A stretch of DNA of 64,000 nucleotides from Balanoglossus misakiensis (lineage: Eukaryota > Animalia > Hemichordata), in NCBI GenBank assembly GCA_040954595.2, contig CM082580.2:4702783-4766782 (forward strand). Direction: 5' to 3'. The translations under genes and the position numbers were made by a program. Below, piece after piece: positions 36,990 through 51,008 of this stretch. The stretch's first letter is position 1. The number at the start of each line of letters is the position of its first letter. The notes beneath the pieces are model-generated. The model was not told the origin of the DNA and ran no database searches. It was given only the letters and a program-made list of their open reading frames with translations.

Positions 36990-39900
36990 ATGTCTGGAGA
37001 GTTGAAGGCGGGTGTCAGGGTTCTGAATGCCCGACCAGCAGATGCCAAAAAGGGCAAACCCTCGAAACAGCAGACGACGGTGACCTCCGCAGGAAAACAA
37101 CAAGACGCGGTTGCCATTTCCCAACAACTGCAGAAATTAATGCTACGGTAAATTACGTGTTCTGTTTTACTCTAAACATGGAGGTGGGAGCGAGATCTCC
37201 GCTCCTACCTCCGTGGTCTAAACATAGACATGGGAACCTCTTGAGTTTCATCGACTTTCTGTGGCTGTTAGGCTAAATTTAGGTTTGTAGGTCATCAAAT
37301 AACTTCTATATGTACCATTTCTCTCTGGTACTAGTCAGGAAGGCCTCAAATTTGGACATGCTACTTTTTACTATTTCCCCACGTTTTTTTCAGAAAGAAG
37401 GGAAAGCATCGTAGATTTCATGTAGTCTTCAAAGGGTGAATTTTGAAGAGAACATGGCATTGTAAAAAGTGTTAGAATGTCTCTGCTCAGAATATCAGAA
37501 TTTGTATTTTGAACAACAAAATAATTGTTAACATTTTTTGGTTTTAAAGGGTCAGTTCTCAACTTCTGGTATCTATATAATTTTGCTGGTATGCCGTTGG
37601 TTTCATGTTTTGAAAAAAGTATATGTGATCTGGTGTGACCTATCATTGACTTGAATACTTGCGTGGTTGGTAGATTATTAATCTCTTTTTCTTTATTTGC
37701 AAAAAGGAAGCCATGAACCCTTGTGCAAATAAGTTAATTGTTTAAGTTTCACATCTGTCATTTTGTTTTTACTTTCAGTAATGCTTTCATTAAACATTTC
37801 CAACTTCTCTAGACTCTTGATCCAGTGAACATAAATGGGCTGAGGATCGAAGTACCAGATATGTCATTTTTGTTGTTGCAAAAATTGAGGAACACGATTT
37901 GTTTTCCCTGGTAATTCTTCCTGTTTTCCTCTAAATTATATAACTGCATGCATTTGATAATCCAAGGGGAACCCTAGCAAAAGGACCAAAGGAAAAATGG
38001 GGTAAAAGTTAAACCACACTAACTGATATTTCAACCATACCTTGATCAGTGTAATTAGTCTAATAGAAGCTTCCCTTGTTTGACTACAATGTTCATGAGT
38101 GACACTGAATTTTTGTGTGAATATTATTTATTCCTTGGGGAAATCGTATGAGAACAAGCTGGATTCAGTTACGGTAGTAAACATCTAGGTCACACCAATA
38201 GCTTAGCTATTCATGCTGTTTATGTATAACCCAGAGAAACTGTAAATGCACAACCACATTCTTTGAGTTTATCACAAATTTGGAGAGATGGAGGTTAATT
38301 ATAAGCCATGCGGATTTCATATACTTTAACTAGTGTCACAGTTACATTAACCCCTGTCTTAATTTCACGGGCAAAAGCCAAAAGGTCTCTTAATTACTAC
38401 ACTATTATATTCCTCACTGATAACAAGGACTTAGGTGGAACTCATCGTGATAGAACTATCTGAGCTCAGAACTAAAACAGTAACCTTACCAGTCATACTT
38501 AATTATTTGCCTGTACCCCACACCCCTACATCTATGTTTACAAATGCTGTGTTACCAAACCTAGCATTGATAATGTCATTTGCCAAACTTTTTATTTGCC
38601 AGATGAGATGTCAGTTCTCACAAATCAGACACTTCCAAGCAGGTGGATGTATTTGGGAGAAAAACTGAGCCCAGATATGTTAATTTGGCTGCCGTCATTG
38701 TATGGATTTCCTCAATGGTATTGGCTGTTCCATGAAATCCATTTACAGGCACAAGTTCTTATAAAAGCTTTTGTCAGTCCGTCTGCCAGATTACATAACC
38801 ATTGCAAGAGACACCAACAGATTTTCACACGGTTACAATGTTATATGGCTTTAAAGGGACAATTCTCAATGGAATGTGGGGGATTTAACTGGCAGGTGTA
38901 TTTCACCATCCTTTGATATCAAATGACGTCAGACGCGTTCAGGCGCAGTTACGTTGGCATTCAAATTTCCAGATGACGGGCAACTTCAGCAACGTGGTGC
39001 AGACAACGACTGTGCAGACGAAACGCCATGAGGCTGATGAGGCACCATATTCAATACATGTTAAGTGTCTGGCGGTTCTAAAGTAAAAACATACTCGGAA
39101 AAACTTTGACTGGATGCTGAAAAATTGCTTGCACGTCACCTGGAAATGACAACGCCGTGGGTCACATGGCCAGATCACGTGATTGATAGTAAAGAATTGG
39201 TACTATGAGTATAGATGTTGTGCTGCTTCATCATGAGAGACTCCAACACATCAATGCTTATTTCTTGATTATTGCACAGTTGCATATGTATATTACTATC
39301 CAGTTTATCTTAGGATAACAGTCACGCTGTGATAAACATTGCTTCAAGAAATGCGCGCAACGAAAGCCATCAAAATACAAAAGAATGGCCTTTGGGAAAT
39401 CATAAGCATTTTCACAAAGACCACGATAATGACAAAAGTTTCCAATATTGACACAAGCGTTTTCATAAATATCCCAATAATGTGCTTTCTGAGTCTTTTT
39501 CATCACTATCCACTCTGTCTGTTGCTTTTCAGTTTTCAGGTGGTCCCAATAGTGAAGAGGTAAAGCCTGAAAAATAGGTTGTTTTTCGGTTAGTTTTGAA
39601 AACAGACCCTGGACAACAATACGACAGTCTAAGACTAATTGTACATTTAAATTTGGAATCTAATGAAAGCAATATAGCCAAAGACAGGTTTTCATGCAGC
39701 CATCTTGTGATGTTATGGAGGCTATTTTTGTTCTTATTGACATATGATATCTGTCTACCATGTTGAGAAAAAAAATGCCCAGCTTCAGGACTGTGTGAGG
39801 GTTTGCTTGTTGTAAGGCGTTGGACCGCAGAACTAAAGAGCAAAAGACCTTGGCAGGCAAAGATATTTCCCAAATTGAACTCCACTCAGGCATTTCAGAA

Positions 39901-42900
39901 AATTTCACTCTGAATCTGGTTTTCCGTTAAAAAAAACCTGATTCACAGTAAAATATTCTCAGACGTGAAGCAGAATGGTCTGGCTAGGTTGATAGCTTTG
40001 GTCAACATGATTGTGAACTTAATGTAGATCAACAAATATCAATTTCAACATACCTAGAGTATACCTGGTAATATTGATCATGCATGGTTTTTGCTTGCAG
40101 TCAAATTATTTAATCATTGACTAGATGGCTGGTGTGTTGGCATTTTGAACTGACTGGCATAAATTTATCCAGAGAAATTAACAAAAGAAATGTGGTATTG
40201 TGTTCAAACTGCACAATTTGCAAACACAATTAACACTTTGTGAACAATTCATGAGACATATTCCTCGTGTTTAATTAGCATCTGCTGGTCTGCAGTGGCA
40301 AAACAATAAAACCAGATGGGACATTTAGTTTAATTGATATGTACACACAGTTTCCTAGCTATCATTAGTTACATCAAAATATTGAATATTGCTGTATAAA
40401 TACCTACTTCACCAAAGGTGTTGACTTACGTATAGGAAGGTTCCTTGTATTCAGTGTTTCATTCAGGATGGCATCAACAGGGGGGGGGGGGGGGGTATGT
40501 CCCTCTTTGCCAGAATATTTTTGGGGGATACCACTTTGGCAAGAGGGACTGTAATGTTGTGTTGTGGAATCTATTATATCTATCTAGTTAATAGTGGTAC
40601 ATCTTAAATGTATATTTCAATACACAGAAATGTATCAGAGACTGGTAATTCAAGCTTGTCTACCAGAACACTGTAATGTATACACCATTGCTACATGTAG
40701 CTTATGTACTCTGAGAGTCTAGGTATTTACATGAAGCCATGGAGACCAGTCCAGCATTATTTATTTGGCTGTCCGTGTTTACATTCCATCGATGGGTTTG
40801 GCAGTGACCCATGTCGTATATCCCTTTGACCTTTCAACTAAAACAGTGAGTGCAGTTAAATCAACTTGGTCAACTTGTAAATGGACTAAGTTAATTACCA
40901 ACATCATTAGCTTCGTTTTGAACTTGTTGGTTTGCGGAATGAAATAACTCTGAATTCATGGATAGTACATGTACACACATTGAATTTTCGGACATCAAAA
41001 ATGCATAGTGTACCATGTTTATCATGTTTGCCACTGTTATTATAACAAAACTGATATTATTTCAGATCATTGGTTCATGTGACCAAGATGTAAATCATCA
41101 GTCTTGCAAAGTATTCCACAAACAACTTTTTTTTTTAAATTTCACATCTGCATCCTAGGGTGTTGGTTTCAAACTGGTGTTGGATTACAATGAACATGAG
41201 AAGTGAAACTTGTTATTGAGATACATTTATGTGAAGTAGTTTCAAAACCAAGAATTGGATATACCAGTCTATTATAGTCGTAATAGCGAAGTCAGGTTAT
41301 TGATTGATTAACCATTAAACTTCACTATATTGCTGCCCAGTGCCCACATAGAATTCCATGCTTTACTATATTACCCTAATCTCTTACCTCACTGATGTCC
41401 CGAGATTTAAGGTCAGTCAGTCACAGGTTAACCGGTTACACACACCAGTACTTATAATGTCTTAATAGCGTTACTCAACTGGAGATGTTGTCTAAGTTAT
41501 ATCATGTATGGTGTATGCCTAGCTGGAAAGGATACTGAATTGAAATGCATTCTTTTTGGTAGTTTTTGGTAGTTTCAGAATGTCATAAAAGATAGAAAAA
41601 CGTGGATTTGATTATTTGGTATACATATACTATAGACGGTGTGATTAATTGGCTTTCATCAAAAGGAATATCAATCAAGGACTTCAAGGTTATTCACTTA
41701 ACCTTGACCTTCACTTTATCAGCTACTGCAGTATAATTCTTACTGCTAGCAGCGTAGTTATTCTTTCACAATATACTCTCAACTCTCATCATAGAATACA
41801 AATATGTTCAGATGTATGTTGTAATAATAGCTTTGTACTACAATAGCATGCATGTAAAAACAAATATCAGACATGATCACATACTATTTGTTAATTAACT
41901 ATTCATGTATTTACTTCTTTGTTGTTGTTTTTATTTACACAGGATGAAAGGTGAATACATGCTTGAAGATGGCAGCGGTATTGACTACAATGCTCTGAAG
42001 CTCAGCGATCTCTTCAAAACTTACAGGACGATGACGCAAGACCTCAACAATGTTAACCTGGACACATTGGATAGAACGCAGAAGATGGTCTTTTTTATAA
42101 GTATCCTTCATATCAGGTGTCATTCTCTACTTTGACTTTCATTTCAGACTTTAATAGTCGGTGATAACCAGTGGCATTACTTGATCCCATGACCCCAGTA
42201 GAAATGAACCCCTGGTTCTGTTTGTATCAAAGGTCGCGGGGTCAGGGAGCTTCATTCCCATGATTCATGATTCAGGTACAACACAACTGTACAATACTAC
42301 AATCACACACAAGTGTATCGGATAATCCTGTGTGCTTGTCTGCCTGGACATACACTCTACAGATTTGATCAGCATTTCCACCAACTTGTACACTTGCTGA
42401 ACAAGAAAACGGCAGAATAAAACGACTTCGGATTGTGTGTGAATTCCACAGGTTTCTAATTTTTTGTCTGATTTGATTCCTTGATGGTTTGTGTGTGTAG
42501 ACATTTACAACTCATTGACAATTCACGGTTTGGTAGAGTGCGACGACCTTCCCAACTCTGTGTTAGACATCCGGCAGTTCTGGCACAACACGGCGTACAA
42601 CATTGGTCACTTTGTGTTCAATTTGGATGATATTGAACATGGAATTCTTAGAGGTAACTCCAGCAATTCAATTTCTAACTTTTATGTATTAGATATACTG
42701 GTTAATTTTGTGGTCACCTGCTCAACAGTTATCTGAACCTTACTCGACTTAGAAGTCAGGGGGGGGGGGGGAGTCAGTGGGGGGGGGGGGGGTTCATTTC
42801 CTAGACCAATCATCTGTTGTCTCTTTGCTGTAGTTTTGTAACTGAGAAAATATTCACTTTCCTGTCTTTTATGATCATCTCCTAGGCAACAGACCACACC

Positions 42901-45447
42901 CAGCTGCCAGTGATCCACACTTCTCCAGTAAAGATCCGAGGATTAAGTATGTGATCCAACCGATGGATCCCAGAATTCATTTTGCCTTAGTCTGTGGTGC
43001 TAAGGTAAGTCGCATAATTTATTTAATTTATGTGTTATTTTATGTGTGATTCCCCCCCCCCCCCTCCCTGACTTGATACTGTTTTATGTATACATTAGTC
43101 CAAAAGTACATAAACCGTTGTACTTCACTGGTTGATACACAGAGTGTAAAAATCAGTCAACTATATTTGTGATTCATACTGTCTACAACTTTCACAGCCT
43201 CACAAATTGAAATTTCAACCGAACATCTACACTTAGAATGCAGATATGCATTTTATGGGAACAGTTTAGATTGTGCGACCAGTCACTTTCTTCTAAAACT
43301 AAATGGTGACTGACGTACCAGTGGGAGAAAAGATTAATTTATTGATTTCTATGATTTTTGGTATTATCTTTCAGTCTTGCCCTCCGATCAATGTCTATAC
43401 AGAGAAGAATTTAGACCATGCTCTCACCATGGCAAGCAGAAACTTTGTTGAACAAGAAACCAGAGTCAATATGAAGATGAAAGAGGTGAGATTCTCTCAG
43501 TTATACTCTGACTTTTTTTATCCATACACATTGTGTCTACTGTCTGATTTCATCTAGCTACTGTGACTTTTGTGCCATTTATCATGATTGGGCCTTGTGT
43601 TATTTGTCCTGTGCCACATGAGAATGTCCGCCCATATAAACTGCCTAGGCACGCGAGATCTTGCAGGAGTTTGGGACATGGCCACATAGTCAGTTACGAG
43701 AAATGAATGTATTTCATGAAGCCAAGATTTTCCGTTTCATTTCAGATCGAATTATCCAGGCTGTTTCAGTGGTACAGGACCGATTTTGGATCTGATGAAA
43801 TTGAAGCTGTACGGTAAGCAACTGGAATTAGTTCCAGGTCATTTCAGTATGTCAGTAATGTTCACATTATGAAATTGTGGTTTTGAACTCAGTAGTGTAT
43901 AGCTGTTCTGATTAAAGATCAGAGATAGGGATAATACCTGTAGCTTTGGTTGGCTTCCTTCCTTCTTGCTTGTCTTTTGTATCTGGGGCTAATTCTCACC
44001 TCCCTAGAGAGATGATGACCTTCTGTATAGAACTAATGCCGGCATAATGAATTGAGGTTGAAATACAGAGCCAATCTTTTGATTGATACATAGCCCACAT
44101 CCACAGTTTTTACTGAAAGATATTGAAACAATTACCTGGCTTTCCCAATTCCACCACTAGAGGGCAGCCACATGTTGCACGTCATTCAGTTAGACTAGAA
44201 ATGATCGCGTCTATATACATGTAAGTTACCTTTCATGGAGAGACCTTCTTTCAATAAAATGTAGCCGTTTTGAAGGTCAGCGTTTATTCGACAAATGAAT
44301 TGCTGCTCTTACAAATTTATGTAAACGTACACTATTCAACCTTGTTTGAATTTTGAAATGAAATACAACTTGCTATAATATAATTTGTTGCATGTAAATA
44401 AATAGTGGTGATCCATACATTGACGCTAACTGTACAGTAAATTCTGCAGCCAGTAAATAATGCCTGGTAGAATTGATTCTTGTAATAATGATTTAATAGC
44501 AGTTCTACCGTGTTTGCTTTGTGCGAATGGTGTCAATAGAACACAGGCTTTCTGATCTCTCCCAAATAGGTCATTTATTTCTCATAAAAATTCTTGTGTA
44601 GTACCCGAGAGATGAAATTTTCAGTTGAATCTTTAATACAACAGAAGAATCTAAATGTGTGTGCAGAATAATTTTCAGGGGGTTACTTGCTGTAGGATAT
44701 TTGTTAACACTGTGAACACTGTCTCTGGGTATCCTGTTGTATTTTGACCCAGTACCAACAATCTTAGTCGTTTATGTCTAAGGTTGATTGAGATTCATTT
44801 TAAGAGCCGGTGACTTCTAAAATGATTTTCCATTGTGGTGATGTAGGGCTGACTCAGTAAACTTTAATAACTTCTATGAAATCTCAAACCGACTTTTTAA
44901 GGGTTTTCTGGCATCGGTGGAATTCCACGATGACATGATCAATGGTAAACATCAGGTGCCAAAGGACACTGTAATGTTTAGGTTACTTAGCTGTGTCTTC
45001 TAAACCTCTCAACTTGAAACTAGATCTGGTACATGGTACCTTGCTAGCCTCTACAGCTGTTAAAACTCTGGCCACGTCTACAGATTTATGTTGGTGTATT
45101 CAATTTATGGTGGCGTATTACAAGACCCTGTGTAATTATAAAGCCCCATGAGCTGCCAAATTTCACTTTTTTCTCTCACAAAAAAAAATTCTTCAGAGAT
45201 TTCTGAGGATTATTCTTTGCTCTGTCGCAGATGGACGTTGAAATACCTATGCGAAGACAAGGTGTATGGCATTGAGAATATGCTGGATGTCCTGTTGCTT
45301 GAAGGAGGTGTTCGTATATCTTACTCGGACTACAACTGGCAGCTGAACAACGCTTCCTCCAGCAAATCTGCAACAAGTACGTCTGACATACAGTGCCATG
45401 TTGACTTGGGACAGAAACAAGCACAGGCTTCCAATGTTACATGTTAA
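36990..45447 (+). CDS. DUF547 domain-containing protein (stand-alone, no glutaredoxin/DEP domain seen)
   Basis: Exons 36990-37147, 41943-42100, 42501-42653, 42886-43004, 43375-43485, 43746-43813, 45231-45447 join in frame: ...SQQLQKLMLRMKGEYMLEDGSGIDY...KMVFFINIYNSLTIHG...AYNIGHFVFNLDDIEHGILRGNRPHP...DPRIHFALVCGAKSCPPINVY...IELSRLFQWYRTDFG...YSDYNWQLN. FFINIYN, LDDIEHGILR, DPRIHFALVCGAxSCP and YxWxLN are DUF547 hallmarks. Confidence 0.93.
42101..42500 (+). other. U12-type (minor spliceosome) GT-AG intron
   Basis: 5' splice site GTATCCTT. Branch site TTCCTTGAT at 42477-42485 ends 15 nt before the intron end, with no polypyrimidine tract. Splicing restores the conserved FFIN-IYN reading. Confidence 0.88.
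44152..44169 (+). promoter_or_regulatory. Candidate CTCF binding site
   Basis: CACCACTAGAGGGCAGCC matches the CTCF core consensus. Confidence 0.45.
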
Positions 45448-48400
45448 TTTTTAGTTTTGACTGTTAAAGGGAAGCGATCATCGCGTCGCGTTTGTTTGTT
45501 TGTTAATAAACATTACAATTCATCCACAAATCCCTGAAATTAGATAATTCTTAGAATGAACGAAACAGCCAACCGTAGGCGTAGCAAAGACTGGGCATGA
45601 CAGCAACTGAAGATCGTAGTAGGTCGTGGCGACTGCAGTGAGGTTTGTGCTTGTGTGGGACGACATATTCTCATCAAGAGGTGACACCCACGCGGCGCGA
45701 CGACCGCTTCCCCTTAAACTACCATTCCCTAAATTAACTACGAATTGCGGGCTTTGCTTTTGAATTACTAGAAAGAGTTTGTAATGACAGTACTGTGGTG
45801 TGTTCCAGAGGTCTTGCTCATCTGTTGTGAACCAACACAAGTCACCACTTGATTCACAGTAAAATCTGTCCAAACCGAACCCTGTCAAATTTGGAAAACT
45901 GTCTATACCAAACACTTTTCTAGTCCCCAAGTATGTTAAAACTAACCTCTTTAAACTGGACACCGCTGGTACTGGGTTTTGCTATAACACAATTTTGATT
46001 TCAGTATTATTTTCTCACTTCAGGTGATAGAACGCGGTGAATGATCTTAAGAGAGAAAGACATCAGAAGAACTTACGAATCAAACGGTGCATGGTGACTT
46101 CATTAATTACAACTTTATAGCGCAAATTATTTTCCTACATCTCAGTGTTTGACTATTTCATTTCTGGTTGGTGTTGTAAGTGAAGAGTTCTCGACTTTTA
46201 TAAAAGAAAGATGTTTTAGATTTGTAGCAATTAGGAAAATTTACATGAATTATTTTTATTATTCCAACTATTGTTTCAGACCTGTACATTCTAGCTGGTG
46301 TAAAGACTTTGCTATCTCACATGGTGCTAGGGAGTCACTTAAAAGAAAATTTTTCCCCTCTTCATCTTCCCTTCAAATTTCCTTCAGATTGTTTACTTTG
46401 AATTTGTTTCAACAGTCTCTATTATTTCACTGTGTAACCTAGTCATTTGACAGTTTTGGGAGTAGAAACATTATTTTCGGGTTATAGTATTTGCATGTAG
46501 TGTATACATATTTGCTAGCATGTGCTGTTGATATCTGTGTTGAATTGAAGCTCTAACACTACCATATCCACAGTACCTATATAGCATTAAGGATTTCAAG
46601 TATATTTTTCAAAACTTCACCAAAAACGAGCATTTGAGACAATTTCATTATATAATCAATAACCACTGCCTCTTGATGAAATCGTGATCTTCAGGACTGA
46701 ATAAAATAGTGCTATCAGATAACGGTGAATCATTACTGGAAAAATTCCTCAGAGTTTAACCAAAAACATTTTGTCAAATTATTTTTGTTTGTGTTGTTGC
46801 TGATTGTCTGATTGGTCATACCAATGATTCTAAATATAAATATGTATCTATAGTCACTATATATAAATCCAATGCCACTATAATTGGAATATTTATAATT
46901 TGCACATTCATGTATATAGATATATGGAGTTGGGGGTAACTTGGCTACATATAACCCATGCCTTTACATTATCAAATTTAACCTTGATATCGGTATAATT
47001 GTGAGATGCTTAACTGTCTACTTAAACTTCACTGGAGTTGTGGAATATTTTAGCGAGAGAGATTGAGCTAGCTTTCGACTATGCCCTGTATGGTTAGGTG
47101 AATAGTATTTGGTATTATGCAACATAATGTTTGTATGTTTTGATGGAGACTTTGTATGTGGTTTTTGTCAAATTGACTTTGGGGTTTGGCATCATTAATA
47201 ATTTCTTTTCATATTTCTTGAATGAATTTGATGGGTCTACGGAACTGCTACGACACAGTCAGTCAGTCCCAGAGAATCGGCATTCAAACTGGAAAACTGC
47301 GTACTATAAGCATACAGTAGACCAAGGGTCTATTATATATACCACTGGAAATTGAGAGATTTTGTGGATGAATTTTGGTTTTATTCAATTGTGCTGCACT
47401 ACTCTACTCAGTGAAAGAGCCAGGTCTTTACTTGTATGCAGATCCGTAATACGAAAAAGATGAATTTATGATGTTTATAGTGTTTTCATATACAACTATC
47501 ACCCAAAGCTGGAAACTTGCCCTTTTATGAATGTTCGGTGATCTTTTTGTTTGTAATAGTGATACTGAAAAAAGTAAAAGTATATTGTATGATTTTAGAA
47601 GTTAATTTCTAGTCATTTAAATGACCAAGCAATAATAACACGTAAAATATATTTTATGTCAGATAATTCTACCTAAATATTTTGGTGCCAGAAATTTTCC
47701 AAAGATACAAGCTTCTGTACTCAATTGTAAACCTCATGTTTGATTGAAAACTATATATTGTAACATAATATTACCATAGAGAGCTCTGACAATCAATGAT
47801 AATTAATATTAACTCTATAGGTAGTTAGACTGGTCATGTATTAATTAATGTAAAACACATTGTAGTCATGTCTCTTCAGATCATGTACTTCTCCCTAAAT
47901 TTAAGGTGAGAGAAAAATAGCATACTTGCTATTTTTGCTCACAAACTTTTGTGTCGGTATAGACAAAACTGGCAAACTCGTCATGATTGGCCAAGAAACA
48001 CTAGTACTGAGCAACAATGGCTTGGTTCATCCAATCAGCAAAGCATTTACATCAGATGGTGGTGGTTGTAGTAATCTATGCACTTGTTGGTGACTATAGA
48101 TTAGGGTTAGAAATATCATTGGAATTATATTTTGCATAGCTGTAGCCAGTTTGTCTTTCGTGGTAAAATGGTAGTTCGTGATTCTAAACTGATATATTTT
48201 TTACATTTCCTCCAAATATCCCCACCGCATGTTACATGTATCTAAAATCAGACCATGAATTTTAATTTCATTTCCTGTGTTTAATATGCAAATGTAATTG
48301 ATGCATATACCAATATACCAATGCATATACTGTGTAGACCTCAATATTTTCCTAAATAAAGAAAAACTGTTGCATGTTTCTGTATTGTAGTTATTACTAG

Positions 48401-50930
48401 TTTTAGGTGCTTGAATGAATTATTTTATAATGTTAATACCATACAGTTGTATGTGGAATGTATTTCCTAGTACCATTACAGAGCCATGTACTTTTAGTGT
48501 TACGTACATTATAGTTTATATCCAACTACACGAATAGTACTCAATATAACTTTCACTGACTGCACTCCCACCCACAATCCTGTTTAGCCATTCAAGTTAA
48601 AGGACTATGCATACAATAGTACAAGCACTGTGGGAGAGGAATGGAGGTGTAAGTTATGGATCAATAATGGCGACAACAAATATTTCTTTATTGGTACAGA
48701 ATCTAATTTGTGTTTTTTTTTATCGTTTCTGGAAAGGTCAATAAAGTATCAATTTGAATTGTATTTTCAGCTTTTCTTAATAACTTTGAAATTGGTGTAT
48801 TTGTCGCTGTCTGTTTGAAGCAGGAGAAAATCCCATGCACTGGTAGAGACACTTGGATAGGAGTGTGCTGTCCCTGGCACAGAAATGGTACCTATGTAAT
48901 GGCTAAAATTGGGCAAAGTCACCATCTTCTTGAGGTTCTTACGTCTTAGAAATAATTAAAGTTTTAAATCTTAATTTTCAGGTAAGAACCGAGTGGAACA
49001 CAACACCCTTGCCTATTCTGTAGACAAAAAATGCAACACACCATGGAATTTTTTGTCCTCAAATGAACAACACTGAGATGGGGACTTTGCCTTTGAGAAA
49101 AATGACAAGACACAACAAAGTACAATAGGATTCTGTAATAATATTTAATAATGATTTGCACAACAAAATTTTGGAACAGTGTGTTTGTAATGATGGATGT
49201 AAATTCAACATTGGGCCATTTACTCAAACATCCATTAAAGGGTTGACAAGAAAATACAAAAATACAGCTTCGGGGCCACTTCCAGAGAAGATCTTTTCAT
49301 ATGGCAGCGTTTGTGCCATATATGGAAGAATGGTCTGCATATGCATCAATATGCAAATTGCCCACCAAAAAAGGAAAAGTACAGACAAACTTAACTCAGA
49401 ACAAGGGCTCTGATTGGGGGAAAACAAAGAACGAGAAACTCCAATTGCCATTGGGTGCTATGATCGGCGTTTGCACTCTGCCAAATTTGGAAAAGTTCAA
49501 ATCTCTAAATTTATTCACAATTACAAAACCAAACCATGATAAAGACATTTCACTTAAAATGGAACTCCATTTTTTTTTATGTTGAGAAAATTCACTGTTA
49601 GGATAACATCAAGGTAATAATGGATCATTCCTACCCTACACAATTTTTTTAAGTTACATTTTTTGTAAATTAGTGTAAAACCTACTGAATCAATCAATAT
49701 TCCACACAATTTTGCCAACTTTAAGGCCATGATTTGACTGGGTCTTCTGCAAAATGGTGGTTTTGCTTCTACAGCCTTTCCGTTTACAAGACAACCATGT
49801 TTCATTTGGAAACTTATTCTCTGTTTTCTTAGCAACTTCAATTTGTTGCAACACTATACTTTTCAGATGATTCAAAAAGCAAGTTCTGAAATCTCGACGT
49901 TGCAACCTTACTGGTTATAAAAGCCATACACTGTAGAATCAGATTTTTTTTTTCTAGTGCAGCGAGCTGGTTTCAATGTCCGAGATTTCAGGCCTTGTCT
50001 GATGTACGCAACTGATTTGCATGAACATCCATGTGACAGGTTCATTAATTAACTCTTGCCACAAACTGTACATGTGTAGATGGACACACCACAGTTGTGA
50101 CTGCCAACTCCAATACCTGCTATAATGAAATAGAACCCTCTCTGTTCGCTCACCATCAACCCTCCTGGTCTTTTTTTTTTCTGCTCAGATTTTTGTACAC
50201 AGGACGATAGGTTGAAAAAGGACTAGAAAATGTACGAAAATGGACCTTTTTAAATGCTGTGGTGGCAAGCACATTGTCCACGTAACATCCAAAAAGGCCC
50301 ACTGTAAAAGTATATTGAATTATCATGATTAGCAGCCTGACTGGGATGCGCTGTCCAATAACTGAAACGATGTCATTTTTTTCCCCTCTTGGATGTAAGA
50401 TTATTTGGTCCAAGTTTTAATAAAATATCTGGTGTATCCAGAACACCTGGTTTACAACGATCCAAACTGTACACGCAACGAGTTTTGTTTGAAAACCAAA
50501 TTTGAGAAAGTACCTGTTGTCACATTTTTTTCAATTTTAAAAAAGTTTTAAATATCAAAAATACATCCCCAAAGATGAGACTTGGTTTGCTATAATAGTA
50601 CCTTCGGCATCCCAGTCATGTTTTTTTATTTTCGTTATCTCAGAGCTCAAAATCTGAAGGTTGGCCAAAGTGCAGGTAAGCCTGGCCACTCCTGATGTCC
50701 CAAATACATCAGTGGCATCCATGGCAACAGTAAGTACCCAGGCCTATGCATGGACTACCCCATCAAGATAAACCATGAGGGAATGGTGGGCAAGTGCAAA
50801 TTTTAAAAACAAAAAATTAACATATGAAAACAGAAGTTATCACAAGCAGTGTTACTTGATTTCATAAAATTATACTGGTCTTAGTTTGATCACAGCAATG
50901 ATGCAAGTTTCGGCCCCCATGCCCCTTTAA

Positions 50931-51008
50931 CCCCTTCACCGCCATGGTTCAGTCCAAACCCTATGGTAAGGTTGGACCTCTACAGAGAGAACTGGGGGGT
51001 GAAAGGGT
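50931..51008. mobile_element. piggyBac-like MITE copy
   Basis: TTAA|CCCCTTCACC...GGTGAAAGGG|TTAT; same interior as the 18477 copy with a small deletion. Confidence 0.75.

Noticed and set aside
37179-37212. Hairpin GGAGGTGGGAGCG...CGCTCCTACCTCC after DUF547 exon 1 as an RNA gene
   Set aside because: Too short, with no snoRNA or tRNA boxes; more likely a repeat-terminus remnant.
45520-45963. 147-aa minus-strand ORF downstream of DUF547
   Set aside because: No ATG start and no motif; it lies in the probable 3' UTR of the + strand gene.
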